A stretch of 64,000 nt of DNA from Nitrosopumilus sp. (GTDB lineage: Archaea > Thermoproteota > Nitrososphaeria > Nitrososphaerales > Nitrosopumilaceae): contig OZ241981.1 in the NCBI GenBank assembly GCA_965204345.1, positions 1,472,001-1,536,000 on the forward strand, in the 5' to 3' direction. The position numbers were made by a program, and so were the translations under genes. The notes below the pieces were generated by a model. That model was not told where the DNA came from. It ran no database searches and worked only from the letters and a program-made list of their open reading frames with translations. This document shows, in pieces, positions 60,137 to 64,000 of the stretch (position 1 is the stretch's first letter; the number at the start of each line of letters is the position of its first letter).

Positions 60137-60236
60137 AGTATCTAAACCAAACATGGTTTCATATATTAATTTAGTTTGAAAATAGACACGTGCAAGATTT
60201 TTACAAAAATCTGCTGATCGTTGTTTTTTTAGAATT

Positions 60237-60548
60237 TCAAGTGTTAAGAATTGGGAATTTCTTGCTGACAAACTTTTGATATGTGCTAAAAGCATCCTTT
60301 TCCTCACTACATCTCTTACATATGCATAATTGAGAGACGTTTGGAATGTCACAATTTTCTAGAAATTCACATTGAGGGCATCCGGCAGGCCCTCCACACA
60401 CGATACACTGTAATTCGTCAGTTTGGGCACATTTCTCATGTTTTACGCCCAGTCCTTTTGCCCAAAGGCCAATCTCATTAACAGATATCTTCCCGTTGCA
60501 AACAATGCAGGTACCGGGAAATTTCATGGGAATTTTTCTCCAACTCAT
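60237..60548 (-). CDS. Cys-rich zinc-binding hypothetical protein
   Basis: MKFPGTCIVC..H.KC, CIVC..C..C..C..CIC..C. Confidence 0.8.
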   Translation of the reverse strand: MSWRKIPMKFPGTCIVCNGKISVNEIGLWAKGLGVKHEKCAQTDELQCIVCGGPAGCPQCEFLENCDIPNVSQLCICKRCSEEKDAFSTYQKFVSKKFPILNT

Positions 60549-61702
60549 TTTATCAATTCAATCTCCTTCTCAATGATATCCCCAAAAGTTTCCTCTAATT
60601 CCAACTCAAGCGTCTTATTTTTGATGCAAAATAAGACATATGGCAAGCACAGGGTAACAAAAGAACTAGAGGACAGGTGCAGTTTTCTTGCCATAACAGA
60701 CGACAGTGATCTTATTTTTGCACCATCCCAGCGGATTCGATTCAGTAATGGCCACGATAGATTGTATTGGGAATACCTGACTCTATCATCATTCTGGTAT
60801 AGTTTTACTAGGATATCATTCAAGTACCGAAGCAGTCTCCAGTTTTGGGTTTGCATAATCCTCCCAAAAAGCATGTCGGCACTAGATAATATCTTTAAAT
60901 ATTTTGCAAGAGCAGTACTGTCCAACTCGCTTGTTATTATGCTAGAATAAAATGCGTTAATCTTTTCTCTGGGATCAATCTGCATCGCATAAAGAACACT
61001 CTTGGCCTCCTCAGCTGAATTTGCTTTAAAGAACGCATTTACTCCGTCTGCAACGTTAATCCTCTCAAAAGACTGATCAGTCTGTGGATTAAATCCGGTA
61101 ACCAAAGACTGTGCAAGGTTAATCATTGAGCGAATATCCCCTTTTGATTTGTCAATAACCTTGATTAGGGCGCCCGGACTCAGCTTTGCACTCTGTTTTT
61201 TTAAGATGTTTTCAAGATAGACTCGCAGTAATCTGGGAGGAATTTTTTTGAACCGGATTGTTTTGACCACTTTTTTGATACCTTTCATTTTATCAGAGGC
61301 ATCACTATTTGCAGCAAGAACTATGGGTACGGTGGGCTCTTTTAGAATATCTACAAGTGCAGATGCCCCACCATAGTCACTACGACCGTGAATTCCATCG
61401 ACTTCGTCTACAAAAATCATGGGAATTCCCATAACGCTGACATTGGCCAAGACAGGCGTAAGAATCTCGTTTATTCTTGACTTGCTTCTCACATCGCTGG
61501 CATTAAGCCCGATCATGTCATACCCAAACTGCTTGGCAACAAGATATGCAATTGTAGTTTTTCCAGTACCTGGAGGACCAACTAAAAGTAGGGGCTTTGT
61601 ACCCCTTTTCCACTTGACAAACCACTCAGTAATAGCCGCACGTGCATCCTCATTTCCCACCATATCAGAAATTATCTGAGGTCGGTATTTTTCAGACCAC
61701 AT
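60545..61702 (-). CDS. rfcL: Replication factor C large subunit
   Basis: WSEKYRP, GPPGTGKT, LNASDVR, DEVDG, GDIRS. Confidence 0.9.
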   Translation of the reverse strand: MWSEKYRPQIISDMVGNEDARAAITEWFVKWKRGTKPLLLVGPPGTGKTTIAYLVAKQFGYDMIGLNASDVRSKSRINEILTPVLANVSVMGIPMIFVDEVDGIHGRSDYGGASALVDILKEPTVPIVLAANSDASDKMKGIKKVVKTIRFKKIPPRLLRVYLENILKKQSAKLSPGALIKVIDKSKGDIRSMINLAQSLVTGFNPQTDQSFERINVADGVNAFFKANSAEEAKSVLYAMQIDPREKINAFYSSIITSELDSTALAKYLKILSSADMLFGRIMQTQNWRLLRYLNDILVKLYQNDDRVRYSQYNLSWPLLNRIRWDGAKIRSLSSVMARKLHLSSSSFVTLCLPYVLFCIKNKTLELELEETFGDIIEKEIELIK

Positions 61703-61710
61703 CAATGCAA

Positions 61711-62826
61711 TCACTTGGGAAGTTTGGATTGATATTCGGCCCACTTGCCGGCCTTTTGTAATTTGTTATACCAATATTGATTGTAATGCTCTACAGTCAG
61801 AAACAAAAATTCCAAGAATTCCTTGTGAGAAAAATCATCAGGCAACAATTCAAGTGTAAGTCGTGCATCCTGTAAATACAGATTGCTTTTCTCCAGCGTA
61901 ACTTCAAATCCTTTTTTCACATCACCAGCTAACAATGAATAATAAAGCGGCCAGGAAGGTATTTTTACAAATCCGTTTTTAATAGAGTCCTCGATCTCAT
62001 TTCCACACCCAACGCCTTCGGCGGCTCGTGCCATCCCCAAATAGAAAATTTCACCTAGTGGCCTTTCTGCCAAAGCCATGTTTTTCCCGGCCGTTCCCAT
62101 TACTGCACGATACTTTTTGTAAGAGAGGGACATCTCTTCCTCAGTAATTTCAGCAGGCCTTGACTTTAATTTTTCATCCAGGTATTGGCCAACTCTTGCA
62201 TCCTCAAAACCGGCCTCAAACTCTTTTAGTACTTGCTCACCGCCCTTGGAGATCTTGTCCCTAGCCAATCTCAAAATATACGGATTCATTAGCTTATAGT
62301 CATCCAGGAATTCCAAATCCTCATCCTTGTCTACAATCCTGTCCATAGGCTCGCTTAGATCAATTGCCATGATGTGTCCCTCAACCATATCCTGCTTTAA
62401 TTGCGGATCATCTCTTTTAGAATATTCTGCTGCTGCATCAAACAATCCGTTAAAGACAGGAAAAGTCATCTTTACAAAATTTGAATTTAGTATTCGATTT
62501 ACCCTGTCTTGCATGACATCAGGGCTTTCCAATTTTGATTTTATAGGCTCAATTTCAGATGCGTTTAGGATAATTTCAGTAGAGCCAACTTCGTTGCCAA
62601 ATGCCTGCTGAGTTGCATTGGGATCAGTATCGGATTTTATCTCATGCAACAGGCCTTGGGCAAATCTTTGTGCAAAAGATGTAAACTGATCTTCTGTCTC
62701 TTCTTTGTATCTGTTAAACAACTTGAAGCCCTTTGACTTGAACAGAGCTTGTTTGAGAATCTGCTTTCCAGGCTTTGTACTCATCAAAGATTCCTTACTG
62801 ATTACGGACTCATCCTTGCCACTCAC
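61711..62826 (-). CDS. Conserved hypothetical helical protein
   Basis: Long intact ORF co-oriented with rfcL; no family confidently recognised. Confidence 0.75.
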   Translation of the reverse strand: MSGKDESVISKESLMSTKPGKQILKQALFKSKGFKLFNRYKEETEDQFTSFAQRFAQGLLHEIKSDTDPNATQQAFGNEVGSTEIILNASEIEPIKSKLESPDVMQDRVNRILNSNFVKMTFPVFNGLFDAAAEYSKRDDPQLKQDMVEGHIMAIDLSEPMDRIVDKDEDLEFLDDYKLMNPYILRLARDKISKGGEQVLKEFEAGFEDARVGQYLDEKLKSRPAEITEEEMSLSYKKYRAVMGTAGKNMALAERPLGEIFYLGMARAAEGVGCGNEIEDSIKNGFVKIPSWPLYYSLLAGDVKKGFEVTLEKSNLYLQDARLTLELLPDDFSHKEFLEFLFLTVEHYNQYWYNKLQKAGKWAEYQSKLPK

Positions 62827-62909
62827 AAGCGTTAAGCTTCCTTATTGTTATTTATGCTTTCAAGCTAAATATTTTCTTCACTTAAATTACGAGTGGCCGG
62901 TTTTGCATT

Positions 62910-63713
62910 ATGGAAGTGATCGAAATTCTTCGTGAGGCTTCAAACAAAATTTATGAAAATGTAAAGGATCTTGCAGGTACAGACGATGCTGCTGCCGGAG
63001 ACTTTGGGATTGGAGCAGGCGGAGATGTTTCCAGAAACATAGACATTATTGCTGAAAAGACAGTGTTGGACTATCTCAAGGAAATTGATTTTCAATGCAT
63101 AGTTTTAGGCGAGGAGTGCGGACGAGTGGAGCTATCAGAGAATCCGAGGGGATTTGTGATCATGGATGCAATAGACGGGTCTGCAAATGCAGTGCGAGGA
63201 GTCCCATTTTTTTGCAGTTCTCTTGCCTTTGCAACAGAAGACAAACTCAGTTCTATTACAGATGGAGTCATTACAAATCTCTCAAACGGTGAGATGTATT
63301 GGGCATCAGAGAACAAGGGGGCCTTTTTTGATAACCGGCAAATCAAAGTTCACAAAAAAGATCCCATCTACAAAATAGTTGGAATCAACACATCTGGTGC
63401 AACAGCTGATCTTATGAGAAAACTACATCCCATATTTGAGAACCATAACCACACAAGACATTTTGGTGCAAATGCCCTGGAGATGGCGCTGTTTGCAAGA
63501 GGATTGATGGATATTTTTATTGACTTGCGAGATAAAATTAGGGTTCAAGATATTGCGGCAGGCTATGTAATTGTCAAAGAGGCTGGAGGGCTGCTGTTGG
63601 ATGCGGATTTGAACCCGCTTGATGCGGACCTAAGCTATGAGACAAGGGTTTCATTTATCGCAGCTGCCAATCAGCAAATTCTTGATGAAATAATCTCACA
63701 AATTAAAAAATGA
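62910..63713 (+). CDS. Inositol monophosphatase / FBPase class IV family
   Basis: IDIIAE, LGEE, MDAIDGSAN, RHFGANA, DIAAG. Confidence 0.9.
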   Translation: MEVIEILREASNKIYENVKDLAGTDDAAAGDFGIGAGGDVSRNIDIIAEKTVLDYLKEIDFQCIVLGEECGRVELSENPRGFVIMDAIDGSANAVRGVPFFCSSLAFATEDKLSSITDGVITNLSNGEMYWASENKGAFFDNRQIKVHKKDPIYKIVGINTSGATADLMRKLHPIFENHNHTRHFGANALEMALFARGLMDIFIDLRDKIRVQDIAAGYVIVKEAGGLLLDADLNPLDADLSYETRVSFIAAANQQILDEIISQIKK

Positions 63714-63836
63714 TTTTTCAGAATTAAGGGATATGCACAGTCTGTGATATGATTGGTATTATGTGACCTGATCAGATTTTTTCAATCATCTCATAAGAGA
63801 AATATATTTAACCAAAGTCAGGAAAAAACTTTTTGT

Positions 63837-64000
63837 ATGGTAACTGAGGTCAAAGCAAAGGTAGTCTACAGGGAGCTGCTAAAAGAAGATCTAGTAATCA
63901 TACGGCTGGTTCCAGAAAACGGGGTGCCAGAATACAAAACAGGCCAGTTTTTAACAATAGGACTCCCTATTCCTGCAGAAAAAAAAGTTGTAAGAAGGGC
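63837..64000 (+). CDS. Ferredoxin-NADP reductase-like protein (partial, N-terminus)
   Basis: MVTEVKAKVVYRELLKEDLVIIRLVPENGVPEYKTGQFLTIGL...VVRR matches an FNR FAD-binding N-terminus. Confidence 0.8.
   Translation, partial: MVTEVKAKVVYRELLKEDLVIIRLVPENGVPEYKTGQFLTIGLPIPAEKKVVRR

Noticed and set aside
60137-60352. Long N-terminal extensions in track ORFs (pccB; likewise TK-C, idi, nuoJ, rfcL)
   Set aside because: Longest-ORF artefacts overlapping upstream genes; conserved sequence starts downstream

Overview
Window from an ammonia-oxidising archaeon (Nitrososphaerota/Thaumarchaeota, Nitrosopumilus-like). The assignment rests on the acetyl/propionyl-CoA carboxylase trio, the nuoABCDHIJKMLN operon lacking nuoEFG, the rpoN-eno-rps2-mvk-ipk-idi-GGPPS-gltX cluster, a transketolase-N/epimerase fusion, a CFI-box-CTERM protein and an unlinked 5S rRNA. 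About 17-64 kb is mostly housekeeping: four tRNAs, 5S rRNA, complex I and carbon fixation. The first ~12 kb is accessory and holds the most interesting signal. Three genes (a spondin-domain protein, a DM13 protein carrying a 192-aa Met/Glu/Asp higher-order repeat, and a membrane/zinc-finger NDH-2 fusion) share an upstream ATTGGGGT-N6-TGG motif at nearly the same distance from their start codons. A decayed secreted-protein gene has a degenerate copy. The spondin and DM13 genes flank an ArsR-type wHTH regulator plus a small membrane protein, so this looks like a local regulon. The NDH-2 start codon is triplicated by a 23-bp tandem repeat that creates chained mini-ORFs. Many intergenic gaps are frameshifted gene relics, and several small zinc-finger or membrane microproteins are missing from the ORF track. 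No CRISPR array, integrase or transposase was found. All calls come from reading the sequence by eye; no searches were run.
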